From Lingula anatina (Eukaryota > Animalia > Brachiopoda): DNA of 64,000 bases. Shown piece by piece: positions 1 to 13,999 of this stretch. Location of the stretch: contig CM120640.1 in NCBI GenBank assembly GCA_051362555.1, forward strand, positions 54,042,788 through 54,106,787, in the 5' to 3' direction. The position numbers were made by a program, and so were the translations under genes. Position 1 is the stretch's first letter, and every line of letters starts with the position of its first letter. The notes below the pieces were generated by a model. It was not told the DNA's origin. It made no database searches and saw only the letters and a list, made by a program, of their open reading frames with translations.

Positions 1-2090
1 TACTGCATAAACTATTCAATGCAGTATTTTTGAGTAAACAATACCCAAAAATATGGAATAAAAGTTTCATTGTTCCCCTCCATAAATCTGGTGATCCCAG
101 TAATGTAGACAATTACCACGGTATCTCTATATCTAGTTGTGTAGGAAAACTATATAATTCCATTCTGCTTTCAAGACTGAAAAAGATATGCTCACAACAG
201 AGTGTCCCTCAACCCAACCAAACTGGTTTCATGGAAGGACATAGCACCTCCAATAACTTATTTGTCCTGAAATCTATAGTCACAAAGTTAACAAGATCTA
301 GGAAACGTTTATATGCCTGCTTTGTAGATATGAGTAAAGCTTTTGATAGTGTATGGAGGAAAGGTCTCCTCTATAAATTACTGAAACTCAATGTAGGGGG
401 AGTGTTCTATGCCAACATTCGATCAATGTATGATCAGGCTACAGCTTGTGTAAAAACTTCCAGTGGCTTAACTGATTGTTTTCCAACGATGAAAGGTGTC
501 AAGCAGGGAGACACTCTCAGCCCCTTTTTATTTAATATATTTGTGGATTTAATGTAAAGCTCATTGATGATGTCAAAAGCGATTCTCCCATAATAAACAA
601 CAAACCCGTCACAGGTCTCTTCTACGCGGACGATCTTGTACTGCTGTCAACTAGTGCCTCTGGTTTACAGTACAGTCTTAATCGTATTGAAGCTTACTGT
701 TTTACATGGAGACTCTCTATAAATCTTTCAAAAACAAAAATTATTATCTTCAATAGCAAGGGAAAGGTACAGAACAACCAGGTGCAGTGCAAAGAAAAAT
801 TTTTTCTGTATAACAGTCAGTTAACAATAGTTCCCAGTTACATGTACCTTGGTATTCTCTTTACAAGATCAGGTAATTTCACAGCTGCTCAACTGAACTT
901 ATACGAAAGGGCACAGAAAGCGCTCTTTAGTCTGAAAAGTTATATGCCACTCTGTAGTAGTATATCGTCCTCACTTAAAGAAAAATTATTTGACACTATG
1001 ATCATACCGGTGGCTACATATGCTGTTGAAGTCTGGGGCTCCTCTAGAATCACCGACAAATCTCCGGTAGAAAAAATCCATTTACGCTTTTGTAAAGAAC
1101 TCCTAGGTGTACATTCTAAAAGTACAAACCAAGCTGTCAGAGGAGAACTCAGTAGGCTACCAGTATCCTTTAAAATCCAAACACAACTTATAAAATTTTG
1201 GCAGAAAATATTAAACTCGGAGGATAATAGTTTGTTGAAACAGGCCTACCTAGATGAAATAGAAAATTACAAACTTTTAAACACATCCAACCTTACAGAG
1301 ATAAAGCAGGAAAGCATGTCATGGTGCGAAGGTGTGAGACAAATACTTTTTGAGAATGGCTTTGGTGATGTGTGGCTAGCCCAAAGATACGATAAAAACT
1401 TTATCCAGCGGTTTAGGGAAAGAATCAGGGACAGAATAACACAAGAATGGCAGAGAGACATAACCAACACCAAGTCCAAATTACAAGTTTATTGTCAATA
1501 CAAGAACAAATGTGTGAAGGAAAGATACTTAGATACAATTAAAGATAGAGATAAATGCACCACTTTAACCAGATTCCGCATAAGTGCACACAACCTAGGT
1601 ATTGAAACAGGTAGACATGAAAAAATTCCCCAAGCTGACAGAATTTGCAAAAAGTGCCATTCTGGTGAAATAGAAGATGAAATCCATTTCCTAGTGTCAT
1701 GCCCCCTTTATACAGACCTTCGATATGATCTTTATTCAATATACAAAAAACAACATAGTCACTTTGAGCATCTTACCAGAATGGATAAATTTAAAACCCT
1801 AATGACTGGAAAGAATAAAGAACATATTATTGCTCTTGCCAAGTATTTATGGTTAGCCTTCCAAAAAAGGGACTGTGCTGCACCCATAACCAGTTGAGTA
1901 GGTAGAGCTATTTGGGCTCCGACAAATATGTTTTGTATTTTTTTTCCATACAAGGAGTCATACAATATCACTATTGATAATAATTCATATTTATATATAT
2001 TTGCATTCCTTTGTACATTTTCATCTATCCATGTAGATGCATACGTTACAATGAATAAAGCACCTATAAAATAGTAAACTGAACTAAATA
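1..2090 (+). mobile_element. Non-LTR retrotransposon (LINE) ORF2 3' part, RTE-X-like; RT domain broken by one frameshift; 5' end outside window
   Basis: Frame open from 3 to 557 with RT motifs (IVPLHKSGD, NYHGISI, QTGF, FVDMSKAFDSV, KGVKQGDTLSPFLF). It continues in the -1 frame from ~548 through YADD (623-634) into ORF 782-1897, which ends with the Cys/His motif RICKKC..EDEIHFLVSCPLY. AATAAA at 2054-2059. Clade assignment is from motif recall only. Confidence 0.92.
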
Positions 2091-2316
2091 GTATAGAGAG
2101 AAATAAACCAATATGTTAGATATAAATGGATCAGATAACATACATTTTGTGATCAAGGGGAAATTTTGTATTTAGATTTGAACTTACACACATACTTGGG
2201 AGAAAGATTATTTCCAGATTCCTTTTGATAAATGTAATTATTGTTTGAATATATACATGTATGACTTAAAAAAAAAAAAAATAAATAAATAAAAAGATTT
2301 TGCCAAATTTTATTTT

Positions 2317-2525
2317 GCTAAGCAAACTGCTAAGGAGACTGCAGAGTAGACTGCCAGAGGGGCTGCCAAGCAGACTGCTAGGGGGGGCTGCCAAGCAGAC
2401 TGCCAAAGCAGACTGCCAGGGGGACTGCCTTGCCTTGGCAGTCCCCCTGGCAGCGCGTTCCAAAAATGCAAATTAAGACTGCCAGGAGGACTGCCAAGCA
2501 GACTGCTAAGGGGGCTGCCAAGCTC
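2317..2525. repeat. Degenerate ~12-bp minisatellite (ctgccaagcaga / ctgccagggg) with an embedded perfect hairpin
   Basis: Repeated gactgccaagca/gactgctaagg units; 17-bp inverted repeat ctgccagggggactgcc (2413-2429) / ggcagtccccctggcag (2437-2453). A related motif occurs at 20608-20665. Confidence 0.8.
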
Positions 2526-2699
2526 GATTTCTGTCCAAATAGCTGTTTTCTTGCCTACAGTTGACGCATTTCTGTGCTTCAGCCACCTTTTTAGTTTGAC
2601 ACAAAGCAGTGCACGCTTCAAATGGCCATTTTATATGCACACCCTATACATCATCTACACCTATGCTGGAAACAGCAGAGGACTACAATGACCCCTGTG

Positions 2700-5600
2700 G
2701 CGCGCGGTTCCTGTCACGCACACATAATTTTAATTATGTACAATGTTAGCAAAATGTGTTATAAGCATAAGGCTTCAGGCCCATAAGAGATCATTTCAAG
2801 TTTACACTTTGAGTATGCTAGGATGAGAAAAATGGAAATTTCACAAAAAAATTGGATAAATTCAATAAAAAATGATAATCTAAAAGAGCCTTTTTTTAAT
2901 TTGAGCTGAATGTCAATCCTAAGAATCATTCTTGTAAGTTAAAACACATGATAAATATAAATATACTGGCAAATATACAGACGCCATACAGGAAACAAGG
3001 CAGCAAAACTGACAAATGTTCAGACATTACACAGAAAAAAATGCACAATTGTGATGCAATGTTACATAATGCTTTAAATCAGCATAATCACTCTAACCCT
3101 TATATATATTATGTACTACACGTAACATGGAAAAACTAGCAAGTGATTCAGTTCCATGGAGTATAAAAGCCACTGAAAATACAAATGTGTGAAAAATAAA
3201 AAAATTCACACATACACAAAAAATAATGACTGTTATTGTAAATCGATCACATTGATTAAGAGGGGGGTTCAATGAGGTCCTGACCCCACCCCTTTGATTT
3301 TTGTAAAAATCACACTGATATTCTCCATTTGAAATCAGAATTTTGACCTGCTTATTTATAGTCCTTAACCATTACAAATGGCACCATTTGCCCTCCAAAA
3401 CACCATTATATTTTGGGGTTATTCAGCGCATCCTGATCACCCCCAAAATCAGATCCCCCCCCCCCCCCAAAACAATCCTGGATCCACCCCTGGATCATGC
3501 GGATTTTTGAAAGCAACCTGCCTCCTTACCAAACAAAGCCACTTAGTGAACATGAAGTAAAATAAGGCAGCAAAGCTGTCAAATGTACAGACAAAAAGCA
3601 GACAATAACAATGCACAAAATAGGCTACTGTCAATTCTGATGCGAAAGTACATTGCTTAACTGCAAATTCAACATCAAATTTTAATTATGCTCAACAGGT
3701 AATACTGACGTAAGTAAAATGTGTAACAAGCATAAGGCTTCAGGCCGATGGGAGTTCAAGTTCACACTTTGAAAATGCCAGAATGAGAAAAATGAAAATT
3801 TCACACAAAACTGCATAAATTCAATAATAAATGATAACCCAATTGAGCCGGCTTTCTAATTTGAACTGCATGCCAATCCTAAAAATCATACTTGTAAGTT
3901 AAAAATAATTATAAGTAACACACTTTTCTTTTCATAATGTTTGTAGTAGCAGTGCAAAAAGATTTTTGCCAATTTTGATGTAACATTACATAATAAATAA
4001 CAGAATAATTATCACCAATTTTTGATAATTGACTATAAATAGCATGGAAATGTAGAAAACTTGATTACCATTCAGCTTCATGTCCATGGGAGCTCTGAGT
4101 CCCACAATGAATATGCCAAAACGATAATAATGAATATTTCACTAAAAACTTCCAGAAAAAGAAGCCAATTAGACTGCTTTTCCAGCTCAGGCCGCATTTT
4201 AGTCCTGTGTTTCTTTTTTGAAAGTTTGACAGTCATACGTAACATGGTTTTCCCATAATGGTCATCATGGCAGCAGCACCAAAAATTGTATTTTCTTCTA
4301 TTTTGATGCAACATTACATAATGCTTAACAGCATAATGACCATCAATTTTTAATAATAAAATAAAAACCTATCATGGATTTTCAGAAAATGTGACTAGCA
4401 TGGGTCTTCAAGCCCGTGGAGGTTCTAAGTCACACCCTGAAAATGCCAATATGTGAAAAATTTAATTTTCACAAAAAACTGTTTAATTGCCAGAAAATTT
4501 TACCAAACAGACTGCATTGCCTACTGAAGCTGTATTTTATTCCCATGTTTCTTTCCTGTAAGTTTGAGAACAGTAATTGACATGGTTTTCCTTAAATGGT
4601 CATCATGGGAGCAGTGCCCAAAATAGGGGTTTATTCAAATTTTGATGCAACATTACATAATGTTTAACAGCATAATAACCATCAATTTTCAATAATAAAA
4701 TATTAGTAACATGGACATTCAGAAAACGTGACCAGCAAAGGTCTTCAGGCCAATGGAACTTCAAAGTCACACCTTGAAAATGCCAAAATGTAAACAAGAC
4801 AGCACTTTTCTGACATGGGTTTATTTCCATTTTTAACACTTTTTAACATAAAACAAAATAAACCATTTACTGCAATTTTTATATGATCAACTAAGAAAAT
4901 TGATGAGATGGGAAAAATATCAATAGAACAGTATTAAATGTCCAATTTCTTCCATTCTGTGATTCTGAACATAGTGGATGATTGAATCTGACAAACTGCA
5001 ATGATATGTGTTTATTTCCATTTTTGACACTTTATTACACAAAACACAATGACAAGTTTACCATCATTTTTACATAATCAACTAACAATGTTGTAAAGAT
5101 GCAGGAAATGTCATACAAACACTTTTACGTATCTTATTAGTTAAATAATAAGGCTATAAACGAGACTGTTAACATGCCTAAGAATTGAATCTGAGGAAAT
5201 GTGAAAAAACAGCATAACTTCTAAAATAATGCCCCGATTATGCTGATTTTCGTACTCAACCTGCATTTTAGTAAGATTTACCACTCCTGTGAGTTTAATG
5301 ACAATTGGCTTATCTGTTTTTCTTATATTGTGTTTACAGTGTTGCATATATGCTGAAATATGCTGAAAAGTGAAAAAACAGCATAAATTCAATAATAATG
5401 GCCCGATCATGCTGATTTTCGACCTTGACCTGCATTTTATGAATATTCATCAGCTCTGTAAATATAAAGCCAAAAAGTAAAACTGTCTTCCACTTAAAGT
5501 AAAACTGTCTTCCACTTATGGTGTTAACGCTGAAAGTGCACGGCGACGGCGACATGAACGGCGATGACAGACGCAGGTGATGGCAATATGTACAGACACA

Positions 5601-7370
5601 TATGTGTCTGTACATAATAATGAAACTGTTAACATGCCTAAGAATTGAATCTGAGGAAATGTGAAACAAGACAGTACTGTTATGAAATGCGTTTATTTCC
5701 ATTTTTAACACTTTTTTAACATAAAACAAAATTAACAGTTTACTGCCATTTTTATATGATCAACTAAGAAAGTTGATGAGATGTGAAAAATATCACAAGA
5801 ACAGTGTCAAATGTCCAATTTCCTCCATTCTGAATTTCTGAACATAGTGAATGATTGAATCTTACAAACTGCAATGATATGAGTTTATTTCCATTTTTGA
5901 CACTTTATTACACAATACACGATAACAAGTTTACCATCATTTTTACATAATCAACTAACAATGTGTTAAAGATGCAGGAAATGTCAAACAAACACTTTTA
6001 CGTATCTTATTAATTAAATAATGAGACTGTTAACATGCCTAAGAATTGAATCTGAGGAAATGTGAAACAAGACAGTACTGTTATGAAATGGGTTTATTTC
6101 CATTTTTAACACCTTTTTAACATAAAACAAAATTAACAATTTACTGCCATTTTTATATGATCAACTAAGAAAGTTGATGAGATGTGAAAAATATCAATAG
6201 AACAGTGTCAAATGTCCAATTTCCTCCATTCTGAGTTTCTGAACATAGTGAATGATTGAATCTTACAAACTGCAATGATATGAGTTTATTTCCATTTTTG
6301 ACACTTTATTACACAATACACGATAACAAGTTTACCATCATTTTCCAATAATCAACTAACAATGTTGTAAAGATGCAGGAAATGTGAAACAAACACTTTT
6401 ACATATCTTATTAATTAAATAATGAGACTGTTAACATGCCTAAGAATTGAATCTGAGGAAATGTGAAAAAACAGCATAACTTATAAAATAATGGCCCGAT
6501 TATGCTGATTTTCGAACTTGACCTGCATTTTAGTAAGATCGATTACTCCTGTGAGTTTCATGACAACAGGCCTATGGGTTTTCCTTGAAATGTGTTAACA
6601 GTGTTGCATATATGCTGAAAAGTGAAAAAACAGCATAACTACTAAAACGGTGGCCTGATCATGCCGATTTTTGAACTTGACCTGCGTTTTAGTAGGATTG
6701 ATTACTCCTGTGAGTTTCATGACAACAGGCCTATCGGTTTTCTTTGAAATGTGTTAACAGTGTTGCATATATGCTGAAAAGTGAAAAAACAGCATAAATT
6801 CTACAATAATGACCCGATCATGCTGATTTTCGAACTTGACCTGCGTTTTATGAATATTCATCAGCTCTGTAAATATAAAGCCAAAAAGTAAAACTGTCTT
6901 CCACTTATGGTGTTAATGCTGAAAGTGCACGGCAACGGCGTCGGCGACATCGACGGCGACATGAACGGCGACATGAACGGCGACGACAGATGCAGGTGAT
7001 GGCAATATGTACAGACACATCTGTGTCTGTACATAACAAAATTATGGTTTTGGAGTTATGGGGCAAACATCACCAAAATGGTGCAAAAAGTCAGAATAAT
7101 TACCGATCTGATTACAGATCATGCCAATTTTCAAAAGCAACCTTTTAAAGTGAAACAAAAAACGGTTTGGAAGTTATGTGGTGAACACAAAAAATGCAGC
7201 CATAACGTTTTTTAAAAAATGGACCCATCATGCTTGTCTGGTACTTTATAAATATTCATCATGATCAGTTACCCAAGTTTGAAGACAAAAGGTAAAACGG
7301 TTTTCCACTTATCATGGTATCACTGAAAGTGCACGGCGACGACATACGTACAGACAAGAAACAATTATTT
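2700..7370 (-). mobile_element. Cluster of degenerate HINE/DINE-1-like non-autonomous elements with internal tandem repeats
   Basis: Three ~400-bp direct repeats (~4790-5200, 5660-6060, 6061-6465) and several ~160-bp units. Two element ends consist of a (cggcgac)-type microsatellite next to a palindrome (30-bp perfect tatgtacagacacatatgtgtctgtacata 5587-5616; near-perfect 7006-7035). An opposite-strand family member lies at 62780-63300. Confidence 0.65.
3250..3492 (-). mobile_element. CAG..CTG MITE with 5-bp TSD (hAT5-like)
   Basis: Right end ggatccacccctg matches the TIR of the 11348 and 62063 copies; left end degenerate; GATCA on both sides (3245-3249, 3493-3497). Confidence 0.65.
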
Positions 7371-7404
7371 TTCTAGAAAATATACCGTGTATTTGTGCCC
7401 CACC

Positions 7405-7501
7405 TACCACGAACATTCATGCGTTAGCACTCCTATTGACGATTCTGATATGTACTGGCAGAATCGTCAATAGGAGTGCTAACGCATGAATTTTCGTGCT
7501 A
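7405..7501. mobile_element. 97-bp hairpin MITE with 9-bp TSD
   Basis: 40-bp arms 7408-7447 / 7459-7498 with one mismatch, 11-nt loop; TA termini; TSD tgccccacc at 7396-7404 and 7502-7510. Confidence 0.9.
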
Positions 7502-7946
7502 TGCCCCACCCTGCCTTGCAGACTTCGAGGTGTTCTGAAATATCGCTCGGCAGTGTATCATCTATAATAAAACGTACTTCTACCTATATATTTGCCCACA
7601 GGTACCAAGGAAAGAAATCTTCATGGAAACGTTGCCTTTCTTTGTGCTTGTGTCACTCTGCGACCACACCGGTTTCTGTCATGCAGCTGTCTGGACGTGA
7701 TATGTAGAACGTCCGCCCCCCACATCCGTTTATATACTACTTGGCATCGGAAATTCCAACTAGTTTCGTTTTCGATTAGTCATGTGATTTCTGTGAAAAC
7801 GGGGGCGTTGTCTATCTGAAAACCCTATTTGACCCTTTAACCTTGTTGTTCGTAGAAACGTGCTGATAAAACGGATAGAAAAAATTTGTTATCACCTATT
7901 AAATAACGCATTTCGCTAAAATAGCCAGATATAACTGCATGGTTTT

Positions 7947-10789
7947 GCGCAGTTACAGCCCGGGAGCCACTGAGCTGCCGCTAGGGGGACTTTAGAGAAA
8001 CCGGAAGTTTACGTATTTTGAATTGACCAAAATTTCGAGTATTTAGAAGGTAACAAAAAGGGTGAAATATCTCAGCTATTAAGGTACCAAATGCATCATT
8101 ATTTATATTTACATTTTTAAAAATAAATTTCAAATAAGCTGAGATGCGCCTTGAGTTGATCCAAAGTCGCTTTTGTGTAAAAAAGTGAGTTTGAAATTAA
8201 AAATTTGTGAAAGCAATTACGCAAGTCCAACTTTTACGCCGATGTTTGTACTTATAGAGGTCTCTCCGGATTTTAGAATTTACGAAAAAATGTGAGGAAT
8301 TTATTCAGCTTTTTGCTATAATAAGCATGTCAAGGGGCATTTGTTCAGCTGAAAGTGTCTCGATTCAAACCACACTCGAGTGCCGTCAAAAAATTGCTCT
8401 CGCAATATCCGTACATCAGCCTCGTTTCGAGTTCTTATATTCTTTAGTAACCCAGTCTCGTTTTGGCCTTTTCCTTTAGTGCACACACAAACACGTATGT
8501 GCAGATTTGATTATCGAATATATTATAGTCTGGTGCTGGGAAGAAGAGGCAAAAAAAAAAAAAAAAAAAAAGAAAAAAGAAAAGAAAAAGAAAAAAAAAA
8601 CAGAATATGCTGGAATGGCCCGACTATCACTCAAATTTTACTGGTTGTTCTTTTTTCAATGCTATTAGTTTTTTTGTATTAGAGAATACTATATTACCAA
8701 CTTGCATGCACCATATCAATTTTTTCATCAATACATAAAATTTAACAACAAATGAAGAACCAGTATTATATTTCATTAATTATTTTTGCTTTTATTATTT
8801 TAACATTCAAGCTACTTGTATATCATCTGCAATACAACCACAGAAAATATCAATTTTTATTGTTTTTAAATTTACTACATGCATTGTAATGATTATAATT
8901 TTCACTACTCATAATGAATCAGTGCAAATTTACATTGCAATTCATAATTGTTAAGCCAATGAACAGACAGATTCCTTTTGAAAGGGCAATTCTTAAATTT
9001 TAACATATGATATAATTTGATTAATTTTCACAAAGTTAGCTTTTTTTTTGCTACCAAGTCATATGCCAATCCATCTTTGCATTTGATTTTACTCAATTGT
9101 TTTATTTCTAAGTTAAGTTTTGTCCAATTGCCAATGACAAACTACATGTACATTACACCATGAATGCATATTCTTGATTTTACTGATTATCTACTAGTAT
9201 ACAGATAATATTAGCAACAGCTACAGTCAAGAAAAATATGTAATCCCTTTAAAGTATGTCATAAGTTGAGGTGGTGCTCTATGTCACACAGCATCAGAAA
9301 TGATGGGTATGTCTGGGACGGCTTCTATCTGTATTGACTCATGAGGATGGCAGAACAAGGAATGGCAAAAGGATTCATCCTGGCCCAAGACATGTTGTTC
9401 AAGCCTAATGAAATATACATATAGAAATGTGAATAAATCCATTTATCCCATTTACTAGTATTTAAAAGGTACATAAAAAGTTGTTTTCTAGTGGTTTTCT
9501 TATCACACACACTCACATAAACTAAAATAGATGTTTAAATATATTTATCATATTGTTATATATAATAATATATTAAAATATATAAACAACCTTTGTAATA
9601 GCAAAACAGGTAGCAATTATAGTTGAATAGTATTACTGAGGGTAATCTAGACTCAAATTCAATCAGTATTGAAACATTTATTTATTGTTCTTTCATAGTT
9701 CACAAACTTAAAAATCATATGTTTGTGCAAGTATATGCGTACTTGTGTATGGCAGAGAAAGAATGAGATGGCGACGCGCGTGTGCGCTCGCGCGTCAGTC
9801 AGCGTGTGACAGCAAGTATCTGCACACTGCCAACTCAAAATCACCTTTTTCTGCTTTTTTAAGCCCATGTCTAACAAAAACGGCATAAATATCTTACAAT
9901 GACATTCATTCAATAATGACGAAACCAACGAAGCTGCTAGCTACCATTGACCCAATGATCTTTACGCTCAATATACACCTTGTTGGAAATGCTCAAAATC
10001 TATAAGACAGAGGTTTCTCCGGATTCCAAAATTTTCATATGTGCAAAAATGATAATTTAGCTATCTAAAAATGTGAACAGAAAAAGAAAATACTTGTTCA
10101 GCTGCATTTGTCTCTATTCAAAAAAGCGTGTTTACGTCGGAGCAGGGGTAATCCTAGAGAGGGGTAAGAAACGTCCATTGTTCTCGTCAGTGAGGCTAAC
10201 CAAATCCAGGGTATGTACGCACAGACAGAAAACCATGTATTGTGGGAACGTTACTAATGAAGCCACTGGTAGTACTAGTAGATATCAGTCTGTAGTCTTG
10301 AACAAGCACCTTGACGAGTGAACAGTTGTCAAAAACAAAAGACCCAGGTGTGGTAGATCGACTACTGTTCGCGCGTGCCGCAAAGACCAAGCCTAATTGC
10401 CCCTCAAGGTCACTAACTAATATCCGGTGCTGACGGTTAGGCTCGTCATAATCATATAAGTAGCGCGTTTCCACCCCCTGGTCGGAGTTTTGTCTGACGC
10501 CATTTTGGTGCTGGCATTTAAATCAGTGAAAACTGTAAAATACATATGTCAACATTCTTTTGGTGTATACAATATAACTTAAGCATATAATATATCGTTC
10601 TGCCAAGTCTTTTTAAATACACCTCTACAGTCATTCTATAATCACCTTTTAATCTTACCCTATTCTATGCCTCTGATTCCCGCCATATTTTCTCAAGGCG
10701 AAGCGGGCCTATTTGAAAACGAGGCTACTATCCAATAATTGGGAAAATAACGGTCATATGGGCCAGTGGCTCCCCGGCTGTTACCGCAC
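7947..10789. mobile_element. Putative ~2.8-kb non-autonomous TIR DNA transposon
   Basis: 26-bp inverted repeats, 22/26 identical (7947-7972, 10764-10789); CpG-rich ends around an AT-rich core; no TSD or transposase identified. Confidence 0.5.
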
Positions 10790-11347
10790 GGCTGTCAGCT
10801 AGAAAAGAATTGTCGTAAAAACCGCTACATGATGGCATAAAAACTGGGTGCATAAACCTGATAACGACATAATACGATCTTACAGGGACATACTAGTTCA
10901 CCATAAAGAAAAAATCCGATCAAAATTGGTTTATATAATCAAAACTAATGTCGTTAAATCCCCATAGGGTCCCAAAGGTCATTAACTTGTGAAACAAAAA
11001 TAGTCTCTAAATAGTCCGGCTTTTTATGGAAACCACCTGTCAAGCACAGAGACTTACTAATCTATTCTGTTGAATGTAATTGTTATCATTCAAAGCAAAG
11101 GAAGCAGTACGCACGTAATGTGATTTTAAAGTAGAGGTGCAGTGGAGGAAAGAAAAAAAGTAACACTTTCATAAGTAATAATAAGAACACATTTGTTTAT
11201 TTAAAAAATAACAAATATGCCTTAGTAGCGAAACTTACATGTAGAGGTTCTAAGGTTAACTTTACACATAAATCATTAAACAAATTTTAATAACCTGGTA
11301 AAGAATCATAATGAATTTGGGCATCTGTTTGCAGTAACATGTTGAAA

Positions 11348-11591
11348 CAGGGGCGGATCCAGGATTATTTGAAGGGGGGGACCGAAACGACAAGCCTCGG
11401 ATGAGAAGCAGACCATCGTCCCCTTGGCGTGAGGTTCGGGCCTGCTCAAGAGCCTCAAAAATTTTTGGTGTTTTGGAGGGCAAACGATGCCATTTGGTCC
11501 TGTTTAGAACTAAGATTCAGCTAGTCAAAATTCTAATTTCTAGAAAGGAATATTGGTGTGATACATTTTTCAGAAACCGAATCCACCACTG
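11348..11591 (+). mobile_element. CAG..CTG MITE with 5-bp TSD (hAT5-like)
   Basis: caggggcggatcc ... gaatccaccactg; TGAAA on both sides; internal similarity to 62063-62281. Confidence 0.8.
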
Positions 11592-12020
11592 TGAAACGTA
11601 TTTTCTCTTTTCACATCATTTCAGTGAAACATTTTGACTGCAATTCTTTGCTGTTAAAACCTGCAAATATATAAAATTCAAGTGGAATATGCATAGAAGT
11701 ACATTTTTCTTTCTTTGAACAAAGAATTAAGGTCAAGGTTAATCCTTCTAACAGATGGAAAAGGAAAAAAACTAATCGAAGTGCCTAAGAACAAATGTAT
11801 CAATATGAGTATCCTTGAAGTCAAGAAGGAAATGCTAACATGAATCTGATACACAGCTGTTGTGTGTTCTTGTTACTGGGTATACATTATTTCTTTTATA
11901 TTTTTTCAGCAGTTCATGTAAAACATTTGAACCCTACAATTGGCACACAATGGTAAATATAAACTTTTTACTAATATTACAGTTAGTGTTTCAATGCACT
12001 TGAAAATGAATGTAAATATG

Positions 12021-12188
12021 CAGGCCCGTAGCCAGGGGGGGTTCGGGGGGTTCGAAAGAACCGCCCCTTTTGGTGGGAAAAGGTCTACTCTGGGTAAAAT
12101 TTGATCTAGGTACATGAAGTTTTTATGGAAAAAGGTCCACTTTTTCAGAAAAAGAACCCCCCTTTTGAAATTGCTGGCTACGGGCCTG
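12021..12188 (+). mobile_element. MITE with perfect 15-bp TIR and 5-bp TSD (hAT5-like)
   Basis: caggcccgtagccag / ctggctacgggcctg; ATATG at 12016-12020 and 12189-12193. Confidence 0.88.
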
Positions 12189-12839
12189 ATATGAAACTAC
12201 CTAGAAGTAATTAATTAAGGCACCTTAACCTATGACTAATATGCTATATAAGCAAAAAAATGTGCAATTTATCTATTCTCTACTGTGACCTTTTAGTTAC
12301 TTGTCTAAGGACTTTATACAATAACATGACAGAAGAACAAGAATAAATTTCAATTTTTTTTTATTCAAAGCTAAAGGAAAAAGTTTATGAAAATAATTTT
12401 CTGCAAACTACACAACCTACGTAAATGCATTAGGAGACCAATATACTGGGGTAATACCCTTAGAGTGGTTGTTTTCTATGGAATTTTAATGGTTAGAAAA
12501 AAGTGTTAGTAACATATTTGTGTTAGCTTTTTGTTTATAGAAATTGATTGGAATTGAAAGAGAAACATCATTAAAAAAACTGACATGGACGCCACAGGCA
12601 CTGATCATCTTAGACAGCACAGGTTTAAGAAAACTAATTAAACAAGAGCAATTTTAAGGATAAACCGGATAAATCAGAGTTAAACAGTATATATCTATAA
12701 ATTTGTATTATACCACAATATAATCTGATATTTATAGCCAGAGTATTATGAGTTCAACTGGTGTGCTAATATGCCCAAAACATCAAATCATAAATGACTA
12801 ATACTATAAAAATTAGCATTCAAATGGCGAGGCCTCTCT

Positions 12840-13020
12840 ATAGTCCAAAGGTTCATCAATTGGTCTGAAAATTAATAGAATTTTCATCTGTTTCAAAAGG
12901 GTTCATTGGTCTGAAGCTTCTACAATCTGAACATTGAAGATTCATTGGTTGGAAGGTTTATAAGTCCAAAGCTTCATTGGTCCCAAGGTTCATTAGTCTG
13001 AAGGTTCAATATAGTCTGAA
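12840..13020. repeat. Degenerate ~19-bp tandem repeat (aaggttcattggtctg)
   Basis: Recurrent ggttcattggtc/tgaa motif through the interval. Confidence 0.65.
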
Positions 13021-13025
13021 TCATT

Positions 13026-13240
13026 TTAAGGATGTTGTCACCCTTCGCCCAAAACTCCTTATTTACTGCCTTACATGCATTCTTCTGGGTAATAAATAAA
13101 TCTTCAGTGTTCAGTGACTAAATTGATTAATATTTTAACATATGTCATCTTACGGGTAATGTCATAGTTGTGATATTGGGGTAAAAACTTTCTCAAATTT
13201 CTTTTACCTGAGCACCCACAATCACAGTTTTAACACCGAT

Positions 13241-13287
<47 letters not shown>

Positions 13288-13915
13288 TTATTAGATAAAA
13301 TTGCAACCCTAAGGTTGAAGTTGTACAAAGAATGTTTAAAAGAAAAATTGACAATAAGACTTTAAATTATAAAACAATAAATTATTCTTAAAATACTACA
13401 AATTTAAAAAGGCATCCATAATTACTACAAGTTAAAAAGGCAATAATTAATAAAGGAATTTTTAAAACGTTCCGTCTTCACTTTTGGTTGTAAGAATTTG
13501 GTGTTGTTTTGTAAAGGGCGGGTGTTTCTTTCAGGCAATAAATGACTTAACTGTAATTAGGGGCTCATGGTAGCTCCATAATAAAACCACTTAAACCAAA
13601 ATGACAGCACTGGATTGTGGCTCGTACATTTGTGGTCAACTCTGCCATTTTTCATGATAAAAATCTTGTTCAGGGATGACGTTATGCCCCATACTAATTG
13701 CTACCTCTCCATAAAATAGAAAGGTTTTAAAATGACAATTAAAGCTTTGATTGAGTTGCCAATGATTATACATAAATGCTATATTTTATATTTTTGGAGG
13801 TTTTTTATTGTTTTAAATCAGCACAAAGATAGATGCATTATGGAATAATAAGATGCAGGGAAAACCTCATTTACTGTATCTGGATAATAATAATAAAGGG
13901 TTACAATATTCTTAA
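13026..13915. mobile_element. TTAA-flanked non-autonomous DNA transposon (Kolobok-like)
   Basis: ttaaggatgttgtcaccctt vs reverse complement ttaagaatattgtaaccctt (17/20), TTAA at both ends. Confidence 0.6.
13243..13555 (-). mobile_element. 5'-truncated CR1/L2-type LINE 3' end nested in the TTAA element
   Basis: Minus-strand translation LSHLLPERNTRPLQNNTKFLQPKVKTERFKNSFINYC (typical ORF2 C-terminus), then AATAAA and a (TTA)n tail, which is the (taa)n run at 13243-13287. Confidence 0.7.
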
Positions 13916-13999
13916 CAAGACTTTTAAAATGTCTACCATTTCAGGCATCCAACAGTGATCCCTGTACAATGCACACATCTCCACATAGCACCGTAAAGC

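Noticed and set aside
545-557. G_GAT_TTA at the LINE frameshift resembles a viral -1 slippery heptamer in the correct frame
   Set aside because: LINE RT domains are not known to be split by programmed frameshifts, no obvious downstream stimulator, and the copy has other decay (NYHG for NYRG); a small deletion is simpler.
7561-10897. Helitron-like ends (a|tctataataaaa at 7561; ctag|t near 10893)
   Set aside because: No convincing 3' hairpin, and the two motifs cannot be linked from one copy.
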